Of a stretch of DNA of 64,000 bases, positions 27,356 through 37,614 are shown in pieces. The notes beneath the pieces are model-generated. The model saw only the letters and a list, made by a program, of their open reading frames with translations, had not been told where the DNA came from and made no database searches. Each line of letters opens with the position of its first letter. Position 1 is the first letter of the stretch. The DNA is from an uncultured Chloroflexia bacterium. GTDB taxonomy: Bacteria; Chloroflexota; Limnocylindria; Limnocylindrales; CSP1-4. Where the stretch lies: the NCBI GenBank assembly GCA_963813535.1, contig CAWEZH010000002.1, positions 1,280,001-1,344,000 of the forward strand. The letters are read 5' to 3'. The translations under genes were made by a program, and so were the position numbers.

Positions 27356-27961
27356 ATGCAGCGCTACTCGCCCACGACGGCGCTCGTCATCGTCGACGTC
27401 CAGAACGACTTCGCCGACCCGAAGGGCAGCCTGTATGTCAGGGGCGGTGAGGCCGTCGCCGGCATCATCAACGGCGAGATCGCCATGGCGGCGTCGGCGG
27501 GTGCGTCGATCGTCGCCACACAGGACTGGCATCCCGAGTCGACGCCCCATTTCGAGAAGGACGGGGGCATCTGGCCGGTCCACTGCGTCGGCGACACGTG
27601 GGGCGCCGAGCTGCATCCGGATCTCGCCCTGCCGGAAGAATCGCCACGGGTCCGCAAGGGCACCAACGGCGAGGACGGCTACTCGGGCTTCACGATGCGC
27701 GATCCGACATCCGGCGAGGAGATGCCGACGGAGCTCGACCGGCTCCTCCGCGACCGTGGGGTCGCTCAAGTCGTGGTCGTCGGCCTCGCGACCGACTACT
27801 GCGTCTCCGCTACGGCCCTCGACGCGGTGCGGCTCGGCTACGACACCTCCGTGCTGAGTGACGCGGTCGCGGCGGTCGATCTCAAGGAGGGCGACGGCGA
27901 TCGGGCGCTCCAGACCATGCGCGACGCTGGTGTCGTGATGTGGCAGACGCGGATGCGCTGA
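27356..27961 (+). CDS. pncA: Nicotinamidase/pyrazinamidase
   Basis: VDVQNDF, TQDWHP, WPVHCV, GLATDYCV. Confidence 0.9.
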   Translation: MQRYSPTTALVIVDVQNDFADPKGSLYVRGGEAVAGIINGEIAMAASAGASIVATQDWHPESTPHFEKDGGIWPVHCVGDTWGAELHPDLALPEESPRVRKGTNGEDGYSGFTMRDPTSGEEMPTELDRLLRDRGVAQVVVVGLATDYCVSATALDAVRLGYDTSVLSDAVAAVDLKEGDGDRALQTMRDAGVVMWQTRMR

Positions 27962-27971
27962 CCGACGACGC

Positions 27972-28874
27972 GTGCAGCTTCACCTCGTCGACGCCACCTA
28001 CGAGCTCTTCCGGGCCCACTACGCACCCCGGCCGCCCGTTCTCGGGCGTGATGGCGTGGTGCTGTCCGGCGTGTCGGGGCTGGCGGAGCAGATGCTGTAC
28101 CTGCTCCGCGAGGAGGGCGCGACCCACCTCGGTTGCGCGACCGACCGTGTCATCGAGTCGTTCCGCAACGACCTCTTCGCGGCGTACAAGTCGTCGGCTG
28201 GTATGCCCCGCGACCTGCTCGCCCAGTTCCCGATCGCCGAGGCCGCGGTCGAGGCGCTCGGGATCACCCTCTGGCCGATGGTCGAATGGGAGGCCGACGA
28301 CGCGATCGCAGCCGCTGCGGTCCGCTTCGCGGCCGACCCGCGAGTCGAACGGATCCTCATCTGCACGCCGGACAAGGACATGGCCCAGCTGGTCCAGGAC
28401 GACCGGGTCGTGCTGTGGGACCGGCGCCGCAACCTCACCTACGACGACGCAGGTGTTCGCACCAAGTGGGGCGTGCCACCGGCCTCGATCCCGGACTACC
28501 TCGCCGTCGTCGGCGACTCGTCGGACGGCTATCCGGGGATCCCCGGCTGGGGCGCGAAAGGCGCTGCCGCGGTGCTGGCCACGTACGGACATCTCGAAGG
28601 GATACCCGAGCGGGCATCGACCTGGGAGGTGCCCGGCGTCACTGGTGGTCGGGCGATGACGCTAGCCGCCTCACTCCGCGATCACATGGACGAGGCGTTC
28701 CTGTACCGCGACCTTGCCCGCCTGCGAACGACCGACGACGGTGTCCAGATCCGCCAGACCGATCCCGAGGAGCTGCGCTGGGATGGAGCACCCCGCGCGA
28801 CCTGGGAAGCCTTCTGCGACGAATGGGGTCTGGACCGGCTGCGCAAGCGCCCCCATCGCTGGCTGGACGAGTAG
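27972..28874 (+). CDS. Stand-alone 5'-3' exonuclease / flap endonuclease
   Basis: FRNDLFAAYK, EADD, PDKDMAQL, GDSSDGYPGIPGWGAK. Confidence 0.92.
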   Translation: MQLHLVDATYELFRAHYAPRPPVLGRDGVVLSGVSGLAEQMLYLLREEGATHLGCATDRVIESFRNDLFAAYKSSAGMPRDLLAQFPIAEAAVEALGITLWPMVEWEADDAIAAAAVRFAADPRVERILICTPDKDMAQLVQDDRVVLWDRRRNLTYDDAGVRTKWGVPPASIPDYLAVVGDSSDGYPGIPGWGAKGAAAVLATYGHLEGIPERASTWEVPGVTGGRAMTLAASLRDHMDEAFLYRDLARLRTTDDGVQIRQTDPEELRWDGAPRATWEAFCDEWGLDRLRKRPHRWLDE

Positions 28875-28876
28875 CG

Positions 28877-29701
28877 CTACTTCACCAGGTCGAGCAACGT
28901 CCCGTGATGCGGATCCGGGGCGGCGATCACCCCGATCGACTTCGGCACGTGCGAGATGTCGAACCACGGGCCGCCGTCCATCGCCGTCACCCGTGCGCCA
29001 CCCCGCTCGGCGATCAGCCCCGCCGCCGCGATGTCCCACGCCGACAGGCCGCCCTGCTGGATGAATGCATCGAACCGACCGTTGCCGACATAGGCCAACG
29101 CGAGCGCCGCGGAGCCCATCGAGCGCGGGATACGGATCGCCTTGCGCACGTTCCGGATCCGCCCCGCCACCGAGCGGCCGGAGAGCGCCATCGAGACGAC
29201 GAAATCGATCAGGTTCTCCTTGTCCGACGCCCGCATGGCCTGGCTCTCCGTCCCCAGCGTCGACATGTGGATGGCCGGCCCATCGGCTCTGGCGGCGAAC
29301 GTCTCGGCTCGGGTCGGGTCGTGTACGACACCCACCCGCGGCTCGCCATCGACGACCAGGGCGATCGAGACACAGAAGAAGGGGATGCCGTTCGCGTAGT
29401 TCACGGTGCCGTCGAGCGGATCGATGATCCACACCCTCCCCCGCCCCGAGGTCGGTGCCTCGCCCGCGACCGCGTGATGCTCGCCACTCTCCTCGGCCAG
29501 GATCGCGTCTGTCGGGTGGTAGGTCCGGATCGACTCGATGATGAGTTCCTCGGAGAGGTGATCAGCTTCTGTCACGACGTCCCGGGCACTCTTGTAGTCG
29601 ATGCGCTCGAGACGCTCGTAGCGATCCATCAGGATCTCGCCGGCCCGCGCCGCCAGGGCGACGGCGAACTCGAGGTCCTCGGGCGGACGCGAGCTGGTCA
29701 C
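28877..29701 (-). CDS. Inositol monophosphatase family protein
   Basis: DVVTEAD, ILAEE, WIIDPLDGTVNY, WDIAAAGLI; GTGA overlap. Confidence 0.92.
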   Translation of the reverse strand: MTSSRPPEDLEFAVALAARAGEILMDRYERLERIDYKSARDVVTEADHLSEELIIESIRTYHPTDAILAEESGEHHAVAGEAPTSGRGRVWIIDPLDGTVNYANGIPFFCVSIALVVDGEPRVGVVHDPTRAETFAARADGPAIHMSTLGTESQAMRASDKENLIDFVVSMALSGRSVAGRIRNVRKAIRIPRSMGSAALALAYVGNGRFDAFIQQGGLSAWDIAAAGLIAERGGARVTAMDGGPWFDISHVPKSIGVIAAPDPHHGTLLDLVK

Positions 29702-30183
29702 GGCGTCCGGCACGTGACCTCCAGTTCGGTGGGCGTGGAGCCGAATTCGGTGACGATTGCCTCGAAGGTGCGCCGCTCGTGGGATCCCAGCCGCGGGCTC
29801 GTCACGAAGGCCGCGGCCCCGGTGCCGCCATCCCCGGCCCGGTTGATCCGGCACGTCGTCTGTCCGCCCGAATCCCCGTCGTTCGTGACGCTCAGCGTGA
29901 CGGCGAGCCCGTCACCTGCAGTCGTCACGGCGTCGACCGTCGCGGGGAACGGCCCGATCCCGGCGACCGACAGGCGCGCGGCGACGGCCAACAGGGCGAT
30001 GGCCACCGCGACGGCGACGAACACCGATCCGTGGACCTGACCGGACGCCACATCGCGCAGCCCGAGGGGGTTGCACTCATCGCACAGGCCGACCCCGGGA
30101 CCGACCGGAGCGCCACAGCGGGCGCATGGATGGGTCGGTTCGGCCGGACCCGCAGCGCGTGGAGCCGAGGTCGTCGGGGTCAC
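29698..30183 (-). CDS. Zinc-ribbon + TM hypothetical protein
   Basis: CARC..CDEC, one TM, extracytoplasmic Cys pair. Confidence 0.7.
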   Translation of the reverse strand: MTPTTSAPRAAGPAEPTHPCARCGAPVGPGVGLCDECNPLGLRDVASGQVHGSVFVAVAVAIALLAVAARLSVAGIGPFPATVDAVTTAGDGLAVTLSVTNDGDSGGQTTCRINRAGDGGTGAAAFVTSPRLGSHERRTFEAIVTEFGSTPTELEVTCRTP

Positions 30184-30234
30184 GGTCCGATGGTGCCACG
30201 AAACGGTCGCTCGCCCTCGACCGGGCGAGTCGTG

Positions 30235-31083
30235 TCACCAGCGCGCGACGGACTCCACGAGCGCGTCGATGTCAGCGGTCGAGCGGGCGGTGACGATCGC
30301 ACCATCGGCGCCGGCCTCCCGCCAGCGCTCCCATTCGTCGCGCGGTTCGTGTACCCACGGCGAGTCCAGGATCGTGCTGGGGTCCTTGTCCCAGGTGCTT
30401 CCCTGGAACCCGACGAGGACGGTCTGGTCATCGCGTTCTTTGCCCGCCGCCTCGAGGCCCTCGAGGTACACGGGCAGGTTCTCCACGAAGTTGTCGTCGA
30501 ACGCGGTCCAGCCATCGCCGATGCGTGCCGCGAGCGCGGCACCCGCCCGCGTCTCGCCGCCGACGATGATCGGCGGCGGCGGATCGGGGACCGGGAACGC
30601 CACGGCATCGCGGAGCGGATAGTGGGGCGACGGCCGCGAAACCGGCCCGCCCGTCCACAGCGCCCGGATGACCCCGACGGCCTCCTCCAGTCGGACCACG
30701 CGTTCGGGTGCGGGCGGAAAGTCGATGCCGTAGGCCTCGTGCTCCTTCGGGGCGCCGCCGATGCCGATGCCCAGCACCAGCCGGCCTCCCGTCGCGATCT
30801 GGAGCGTGGACGCCATGCGGGCGACCACGGCCGGGTGTCGGTTCATGACATTCATGACGAACGTGCCGACCGTTGCCCGGCGCGTTTGCGCCGCAGCGAG
30901 GGTCAGGATGGTCCACGACTCGACGACGGGTACGGTCGGATCGCCTCTGCCGACGAAGTGGTCCCAGCACCACAGGCCCGCGAACCCCGCTTCGTCGAGC
31001 CGGCGCGCGCTCTCAAGCCACCAACCCGGCGTGGCACGGATCGACCGGATGCAGACCCCGATGGGCAGGCGCTCGTCGGTCAC
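30235..31083 (-). CDS. LLM class (probably F420-dependent) oxidoreductase
   Basis: LWCWDHF, RHPAVVARMASTL..GRLVLGIG; GTGA overlap. Confidence 0.88.
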   Translation of the reverse strand: MTDERLPIGVCIRSIRATPGWWLESARRLDEAGFAGLWCWDHFVGRGDPTVPVVESWTILTLAAAQTRRATVGTFVMNVMNRHPAVVARMASTLQIATGGRLVLGIGIGGAPKEHEAYGIDFPPAPERVVRLEEAVGVIRALWTGGPVSRPSPHYPLRDAVAFPVPDPPPPIIVGGETRAGAALAARIGDGWTAFDDNFVENLPVYLEGLEAAGKERDDQTVLVGFQGSTWDKDPSTILDSPWVHEPRDEWERWREAGADGAIVTARSTADIDALVESVARW

Positions 31084-31937
31084 CGACGCGAGAGATCCGT
31101 CTCGAACAACCGCACGTCCTCGGCGGCGATGGCGTGGCCGTCGCCGCGCGTCGGACCGAGCGCGGCGCGCGCGCCCAGCGAGTCGAGATCCGCCGGGAAC
31201 CGCCCGATCAGGTCGAGGACGACCTTCTGGATCCGCTCGGCGTTCGCCTGGAAGACCTCGAGGACATCGGTCGCATTGACCGCGTCGGTGCCTTCGTGCA
31301 CGCCTGCGTCGTAGTCGGTGATCAGGCTGATGTTCACGACCGCGATCCCGAGCTCGCGGCACAGCCACGCCTCGGGATACTGGGTCATGTTGATGACCTC
31401 CCAGCCCGCATCGGAGAACCACTTCGACTCGGCCTTGGTCGAGAACCGCGGACCCTGGATGACCACCACCGTGCCACGCTCGTGGACCTCGATGCCGTGG
31501 TCGCGGATGGTCTCGATCGTCAACTGGCGCAGGACGGGGTCGTACGTCTCGGCCGAGGACAGGTGCGTGACGATCGGCCCGTCGTAGAAGGTATCCGCAC
31601 GGCCGGACGTGCGATCGACGAACTGGTCGCACACGACGAAGTCGCCCGGCTTGACGTCGAGCGCGAGCGACCCGGCGGCACATGGTGAGATCGCCGCCTT
31701 GACTCCGAGTGACTTCATGGCCCAGACATTCGCGCGGTAGTTGATGCGGTGGGGCGGGATCGTATGGCGACGCCCGTGGCGCGGGAGGAAGGCCACCCGC
31801 CGGCCGCCAACGTCGGCCAGGAACAGTGAATCGGACGGAGCGCCATACGGGGTGTCGACCTTGATCTCGCGCACGTCGTCGAGCAGCGCGTAGAACCCCG
31901 AACCTCCGAAGACGCCGATCTCCGCCGTGTCCGCCAC
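31080..31937 (-). CDS. mtnP: S-methyl-5'-thioadenosine phosphorylase
   Basis: IGVFGGSG, FLPRHG..INYRAN, GPRFSTKAES, INMT, ITDYD. Confidence 0.93.
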   Translation of the reverse strand: MADTAEIGVFGGSGFYALLDDVREIKVDTPYGAPSDSLFLADVGGRRVAFLPRHGRRHTIPPHRINYRANVWAMKSLGVKAAISPCAAGSLALDVKPGDFVVCDQFVDRTSGRADTFYDGPIVTHLSSAETYDPVLRQLTIETIRDHGIEVHERGTVVVIQGPRFSTKAESKWFSDAGWEVINMTQYPEAWLCRELGIAVVNISLITDYDAGVHEGTDAVNATDVLEVFQANAERIQKVVLDLIGRFPADLDSLGARAALGPTRGDGHAIAAEDVRLFETDLSRR

Positions 31938-32058
31938 CCGTCCCTCCGTTCGTGCTGGTCGGTCCCCCGTCGAGGTCGCCTGCGTCAAGTATGCCGGGCT
32001 ACGATGGTCCAGCCGTGACGGGGCCGTGGCTTCGTCGACGGCGGAACGGAGCCAGACG

Positions 32059-32439
32059 ATGACCGACTCGCCATCCCCGCCGAATGACTCCAACCCGACC
32101 ACGCGATACGACCCTCCACCGCCCGAGGATCCGGTCGTGCCGGCCGGCGCTCAGGGCGCGGCGCCCGATGCTCCCACTCCGCCGCCGGTCTCCTCGTCGG
32201 CACCGCCACCGCCTCCCCCGATGGCCCCCGCACCCACCTGGCGCTCTCGACGCGACGACCCCGGCCGCACCGGGTCGATCATCTTCGGCGTCATCCTCCT
32301 GGCCGTCGGGCTGTGGTTCTTCGCCGACCAGACGCTCGGGCTCGACATGCCGCGGCTCCGCTGGAGCGAGCTCTGGCCGCTGCTGATCATCGCGATCGGC
32401 GCCTGGGTCGTGCTCGCGTCGATGCGTCGAGGCCGATGA
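32059..32439 (+). CDS. DUF5668/LiaI-LiaF-like membrane protein with Pro-rich N-terminus
   Basis: GVILLAVGLWFF..LWPLLIIAIG. Confidence 0.75.
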   Translation: MTDSPSPPNDSNPTTRYDPPPPEDPVVPAGAQGAAPDAPTPPPVSSSAPPPPPPMAPAPTWRSRRDDPGRTGSIIFGVILLAVGLWFFADQTLGLDMPRLRWSELWPLLIIAIGAWVVLASMRRGR

Positions 32440-33107
32440 CGTCCGATACGCCAGGTTGGGTCCAGGGCGACGGGTCGCTGCAGGACCGACTGACGCTGGC
32501 CGATTGGCGTCGGCGGGTCGCCGCTCTGTATGCGGAGGTGCGCACGATGGCGGCAAGCGACCCAGGCGTCGCGCTGGCCCACTGGCGAACCGTCCGTGAG
32601 TGGCTGTTCCGCGACCATCCCCAGTCGCCGGTGCCGGTGGCGGAGCGAGCGTCGTTCGTCGCGCACCATTTCGAGCACGATCCCGCGCTCCGATTCGTGA
32701 CACCGATCGAGCCCGCACCCGCCACCGATCCAGGTGCGCTCTCGATGGAGCTGCCGAACAGCGGCACCGACACCCTGTCGTTCCGGCGGATCGGCACGGT
32801 CCGGCTGCGCTTCCCCGCCGGCGAGCGACGCCTTTCGGTCTTCTGGATGGCCGGCTATGCCGGTGGTCTGTTCATCCCGTTCCGCGACGCGACGAACGGG
32901 GAGGAAACGTATGCCGCAGGCCGCTATCTGATCGATGCCGCGAAGTCGCACGACCTCGGCGTGGACACGTCGACCGGCGGTGTGATCCTCGACTTCAACT
33001 TCGCGACCCAGCCGTCGTGCGCGTTCGACCCGCGCTGGGCCTGCCCGCTGGCGCCTCCGGAGAATTGGCTCGACATCGCGGTCCGCGCCGGCGAACGGCT
33101 GACCTAG
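32436..33107 (+). CDS. DUF1684 family protein
   Basis: LFIPFRDATNGEETYAAGRYL..LDFNFA.QPSCAF..WACPLAP. Confidence 0.9.
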   Translation: MTSDTPGWVQGDGSLQDRLTLADWRRRVAALYAEVRTMAASDPGVALAHWRTVREWLFRDHPQSPVPVAERASFVAHHFEHDPALRFVTPIEPAPATDPGALSMELPNSGTDTLSFRRIGTVRLRFPAGERRLSVFWMAGYAGGLFIPFRDATNGEETYAAGRYLIDAAKSHDLGVDTSTGGVILDFNFATQPSCAFDPRWACPLAPPENWLDIAVRAGERLT

Positions 33108-33143
33108 CCGGACCGTCCGGCGTCCGCCGCGTACCATCCGTCG

Positions 33144-33584
33144 ATGACCGAGACGACCGCGACCGCGTCACCGCTCACCCCGGCGATCCGCGAGTTCATC
33201 GCCGAAACGCGCTTCACGAGCATCGCCACGCTCGACCCCGACGGTGCGCCGCGCCAGGCCGTCGTCTGGTATCGACTCGACGGCGAGGAGATCGTGCTGA
33301 ACAGCGCGGTCGGTCGGCGTTGGCCGGCGAATCTCGTCCGTGACGGCCGCATCAGCCTCGCCGTCCTCGACGCAGGCGGTTACAGGTGGGTCGGGCTGAC
33401 CGGCGTGGCGACACCAGTCACCGACCAGCCGACCGCCCAGGCGGACATCGCCGAGATGGCTCGCCGCTACCACGCCGACGATCCTGCCAAGGCCGAGCGG
33501 CTCATCGCGAACCGTTTCCAGCGCCAGGAGCGCATCAGCTTCCGGGTCCGCGTCGATGCGGCCCACGAGCACCTCGAGGACTGA
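33144..33584 (+). CDS. PPOX class (probably F420-dependent) oxidoreductase
   Basis: IATLDPDGAPRQAVVWY..NLVRDGRISL. Confidence 0.85.
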   Translation: MTETTATASPLTPAIREFIAETRFTSIATLDPDGAPRQAVVWYRLDGEEIVLNSAVGRRWPANLVRDGRISLAVLDAGGYRWVGLTGVATPVTDQPTAQADIAEMARRYHADDPAKAERLIANRFQRQERISFRVRVDAAHEHLED

Positions 33585-33587
33585 CCG

Positions 33588-34529
33588 ATGGCTGGAGACG
33601 CGATGCCCGTCAAGTTCGGGCTCCAGCTGTGGTCGCAGGCCACCGACTGGCCGTCGTTCCGCGACGCCGCGCTGGCCGCCGAGGCGAACGGCTGGGACTC
33701 GGTCTGGACCTGGGACCACCTGCTCGCGATCTTCGGCCCATGGGAGCAACCGATCTTCGAGGGGTGGAGCGCGCTGGCCGCGCTCGGTCCGATCACGAGT
33801 CGAGTCCGACTCGGGTTGATGGTCGGTGCCAACACGTTCCGCAACCCGGGTGTCACGACGAAGCTCGCGACGACGCTCGATCACGTCTCCGAGGGGCGCG
33901 CGGTCGTCGGCATCGGTGCGGCGTGGTTCGAACGCGAGCACGACGCATTCGGCATCCCGTTCGGCGCGAGCCCGGGCGAACGGATCGGCTGGCTCGATGA
34001 GGCCGTGATGCTGATGCGCCGATTGCTTGACGGCGAGCGCGTCGACCACACGGGCCCGACCTACGCGATGCACGACGCGTTGTGCGAACCGCGCCCCATC
34101 CAACCGCATCTCCCGATCCTCATCGGTGGCAGCGGGCGACAGAAGACGCTGCGGGTCGTCGCGGAGCGGGCGGACGGCTGGAACACGTCAGGGTCGTTCG
34201 ACGAGGTCCAGGACGCCCTGCAGACGCTCGAGCGCCACTGCGCGGCCATCGGTCGCGATCCCGCGACGATCGAGAAGACCGTCAGCTTCCACATCGTGTT
34301 GCGCGATGACGCCTTCGCGGCCGCTGTGCGCACGCGAGAGCTCCTGGCACACAACGGCGTCGACCCGGGTGATTTTGACGGCTCCCTCGCGGGAACGCCC
34401 GCCCAGGTCGCGGACGAATTGGGCCGGCATCAAGCGCTCGGTTTCGAGACGTTCATCGTGCGCATGCCCGCCCCGTACGACCTCGAGACGATCGAGCGGA
34501 TGCGGGAGGTCGCCGACCTCCTGGTCTGA
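33588..34529 (+). CDS. LLM class F420-dependent oxidoreductase
   Basis: VWTWDHL, FRNPG..LATTLDHVSEGR, PILIGGSG. Confidence 0.9.
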   Translation: MAGDAMPVKFGLQLWSQATDWPSFRDAALAAEANGWDSVWTWDHLLAIFGPWEQPIFEGWSALAALGPITSRVRLGLMVGANTFRNPGVTTKLATTLDHVSEGRAVVGIGAAWFEREHDAFGIPFGASPGERIGWLDEAVMLMRRLLDGERVDHTGPTYAMHDALCEPRPIQPHLPILIGGSGRQKTLRVVAERADGWNTSGSFDEVQDALQTLERHCAAIGRDPATIEKTVSFHIVLRDDAFAAAVRTRELLAHNGVDPGDFDGSLAGTPAQVADELGRHQALGFETFIVRMPAPYDLETIERMREVADLLV

Positions 34530-34537
34530 GGGTCTGC

Positions 34538-35812
34538 TCAGGGGCCCGCACTGGTCGACCGGCGGTTCCACTCCGTCATGATCGCCTGCTCGAGGCGCTT
34601 GGCCTGGCTGCGCGGGAAGCTCACGGTCAGGTGGCCCCGATTGCGATGGACCAGCTTGCCCCACACCACCTCAGGACACGGGCTGGTGGGGCACACCCAC
34701 CGCTCCGGGTTGATGAACCCGGCCTTCCTCGCGCGGGCGACCCCGGCCTCGACGTTCAACCACGTGTAGCTGATCGCGCTCGAGACCGACGTCGCACAGC
34801 GGATCGAGTGCTTCGGGTTGCGGGCGAGGCACCCCGCCGGACTCCAGATGCGCGAGTTGGGCGTGTCCGCCAGGATGATGACACGACGCGCATACGGCAC
34901 GAGCCGGGCGAGCGTCCAGCGCATGCCCGTGATCCAGGCATCGGTCCGCGTCTTGCCGGTCAGGATCCGCCCGGCGTGGTTCGCGGCCACGAAGCCGCGC
35001 GAGCCGGACAGGAGGACGATGGCCGGCCGGATCTGACGGAGGCGCTCGACAGCACGGAGCCGCCACGAGAGACAGCCGCGGTCGATGGCGCGCTTGGTCT
35101 TGTCGTACGAGAGGAGCTTGGCCGGCGGACAGGTCGAGCGGGTCATGTTGATGAAGCGCCAGCCGCGGGCCTTCGCCACCCGCTCGACGGCCGGGAACCA
35201 GCTGAGCGCATGGCTGTCGCCGAACAGCACGATCGTCGTCTTGGCGCGGACGTTGGCGTAGATGCATCTCGACGACCCAGGTGCGGCCCAGTGGCAGCCA
35301 TCGCGATGCGGAAGCGGCATCTCGCGCGACACGCGGTCGAGACTCGCAAGCAGGGATCGCGGGACCGGCCCATCGACGGTCGCGGCTCGCTTGGGTGGAA
35401 CGATGGTCGGCGGAGGCGGCGCCGGCGGCGCGGGCGTGGGAGTCGGCGTCGGCACGGGCGTGGGCGTGGCGGTCGGTGTCGCCGTGGGTGTCGCCGTCGG
35501 GGTCGATGTCGGTGTGGCGGTCGGCGTCGCCGTGGGTGTCGCAGTCGGCGTGGCCGTGGGTGTCGGCTCCGGTGTCGCGGTCGGTGTCGGCTCCGGTGTC
35601 GCCGTCGGTGTCGGCTCCGGGGTGGGCGTCGGCGTGGGCTCGGCATCGGCCCCGATGGCGGCCAGCCGCTGACTCCCGTCGGATGGGAGGGGCGGTCCCC
35701 ATGCGCTCACGATCGTCGCGATGAGCGTGGCGACGATGACGATCGTGATCCCGAGCGACAGCCCGCCGCCCATCCGTGCCTGGACCGACGCGGCGCCGAG
35801 GTGGCGGAACAT
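34538..35812 (-). CDS. Membrane-anchored PT-linker SGNH hydrolase-domain protein
   Basis: TM, (PT)n linker, VLFGDSHA, several Cys pairs, terminal HRNRGHL; start uncertain. Confidence 0.78.
   Translation of the reverse strand: MFRHLGAASVQARMGGGLSLGITIVIVATLIATIVSAWGPPLPSDGSQRLAAIGADAEPTPTPTPEPTPTATPEPTPTATPEPTPTATPTATPTATPTATPTSTPTATPTATPTATPTPVPTPTPTPAPPAPPPPTIVPPKRAATVDGPVPRSLLASLDRVSREMPLPHRDGCHWAAPGSSRCIYANVRAKTTIVLFGDSHALSWFPAVERVAKARGWRFINMTRSTCPPAKLLSYDKTKRAIDRGCLSWRLRAVERLRQIRPAIVLLSGSRGFVAANHAGRILTGKTRTDAWITGMRWTLARLVPYARRVIILADTPNSRIWSPAGCLARNPKHSIRCATSVSSAISYTWLNVEAGVARARKAGFINPERWVCPTSPCPEVVWGKLVHRNRGHLTVSFPRSQAKRLEQAIMTEWNRRSTSAGP
35430..35645 (-). repeat. Pro-Thr-Ala codon tandem repeat linker
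   Basis: Encodes (PT/TA/PE)n, in frame. Confidence 0.85.
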
Positions 35813-36040
35813 CACATCCCCTCGGGCGCCGACCGGCTTCGAATGTCGAGCACCCCTCATCGACGCTTCGAACGCGGTCGTATTACGGCCGGCGATCAGC
35901 CGGCCGCGGCGGTCAGACATGACAGACTTGATGTCGCATCGCAGTGCCACCCTGGTGAAGGAGGACCCCGTGACCGTTGGCGGCGGAACCGTACGCGCCA
36001 GGTCAAGACGCGTCCACCCTTCCAGGGGGCCATCTGGCAC

Positions 36041-36994
36041 ATGAAGGTCGTCCTGCTGGCCGGTGGCGTGGGTGGGGCGAAGATGGCCGATGGCCTCGCC
36101 TCACAGGTCGGTCGCGACCTCACCGTCGTGGTCAACACCGGCGACGACCTCGAGCTCCATGGGCTCGCGATCTGGCCCGATCACGACACGGTCGCCTACA
36201 CGCTGGCTGGACTCGACGACGAGGTCCGAGGTTGGGGTGTCAATGGCGAGAGCTGGACCGTGATGGACCGGCTCGAGGGGCTCGGAGAACGGGAATGGTT
36301 CCGGCTCGGCGACAAGGACCTCGCGACCCACATCTGGCGGACGGATCGGTTGCGCGCGGGTCGACGAGCGACCGAGGTCGCGCTCGAGCTCACCGCTGCG
36401 ATGGGCATCGGATCGCGGATCCTGCCGATGGCCGATGAACCTGTCCGGACCGAGGTCCGCACGGACGATGGCTGGCTCGAGTTCCAGGAGTACTTCGTCC
36501 ATCGCCACCAGGAGCCGACGGTGCACGAGGTCCGCTTCCGCGGGATCGACACGGCGCGGGCCACCCCGGAGGTCATCGCCGGCGTCGCTCAAGCCGAGGT
36601 GATCGTCATCGCACCGTCGAACCCGATCGTCTCGGTCGACCCGATCCTTGCCGTTCCCGGGACCCGCGCGGCGGTCGAGGAGGCACGGGCGCGACGGATA
36701 CCCATCGTCGCCGTCAGCGGGATCGTCGGCGGGAAGGCGCTCAAGGGACCAGCCGACCGGATGCTGGCATCCCTTGGCGAGGAGCCGAGCGCATCTGGTG
36801 TGGCGGCGCGGTACGCGCCGCTTCTCAGTCATTTCGTGCTCGACGACGTCGATAGGGCGCTCGAGCCGGCCATCCGGAAGCTCGGCGTCGAGACCCTCGT
36901 GACCGACACGATCATGACCGACGACACGTCACGGGCCAGGCTGGCCGGCGAGATCCTGCGATTCGCGACGGCGTCCGTCGGCAGGACCCGATGA
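36041..36994 (+). CDS. cofD: 2-phospho-L-lactate transferase (CofD/FbiA)
   Basis: LAGGVGGAK, VNTGDD, WFRLGDKDLATH, FQEYFV, APSNP. Confidence 0.95.
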   Translation: MKVVLLAGGVGGAKMADGLASQVGRDLTVVVNTGDDLELHGLAIWPDHDTVAYTLAGLDDEVRGWGVNGESWTVMDRLEGLGEREWFRLGDKDLATHIWRTDRLRAGRRATEVALELTAAMGIGSRILPMADEPVRTEVRTDDGWLEFQEYFVHRHQEPTVHEVRFRGIDTARATPEVIAGVAQAEVIVIAPSNPIVSVDPILAVPGTRAAVEEARARRIPIVAVSGIVGGKALKGPADRMLASLGEEPSASGVAARYAPLLSHFVLDDVDRALEPAIRKLGVETLVTDTIMTDDTSRARLAGEILRFATASVGRTR

Positions 36995-37614
36995 CCACGC
37001 CTCGGATCGTCGCCATCGTCCCGGTGGGCTCCATCGAAGGGGCGAAATCGCGGCTCGGCGCGGTCCTCGACGCGGAGGAACGCCACGACCTCGCCCTGCG
37101 CCTCGCCGAAACGACGATCCGCGCCGCGGTCGCGACACCAGGCATCGATGAGACGTTGGTGATCACCCCGGACGATGAGGTGCGCGAGCTCGGCTTGCGG
37201 GCGGGCGCCCGGCCGATGCGCCAGAGCAGCCGAGGACTCAACGACGGCCTGCGCGAGGCGCGGGATGAGGCCATCGCGGGTGGCGCCAGTGCGGTCCTCG
37301 TGCTGCCGATCGACATCCCACGGATATCGGCAGCGTCGCTTGGTCCGCTTGTCGATCTCGCCAGAGGCGCGACGAGTCCACTCGTCGCGATCGTTCCCGA
37401 CCGTCACGGCCGCGGTACGAACGCGTTGGTACTCAGGCCGCCGGACGTGATCGACTTCTGCTTCGGCGGCGACAGCTGGCAGGCACACCTCGAGGCAGCT
37501 CGCGAGGCCGATGCGACGATCGAAACCCTCGACGGGCCCCTGACACTCGACATCGACACGCCCGAGGACCTGCTGCTCGCGCAGGCCGAGATGCCCGAGA
37601 CGGTCGGTGGCTGA
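36991..37614 (+). CDS. cofC: Phospholactate/PEP guanylyltransferase (CofC/FbiD)
   Basis: AKSRL, GLN, PIDIP, GTNAL, DIDTPEDL. Confidence 0.93.
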   Translation: MTTPRIVAIVPVGSIEGAKSRLGAVLDAEERHDLALRLAETTIRAAVATPGIDETLVITPDDEVRELGLRAGARPMRQSSRGLNDGLREARDEAIAGGASAVLVLPIDIPRISAASLGPLVDLARGATSPLVAIVPDRHGRGTNALVLRPPDVIDFCFGGDSWQAHLEAAREADATIETLDGPLTLDIDTPEDLLLAQAEMPETVGG

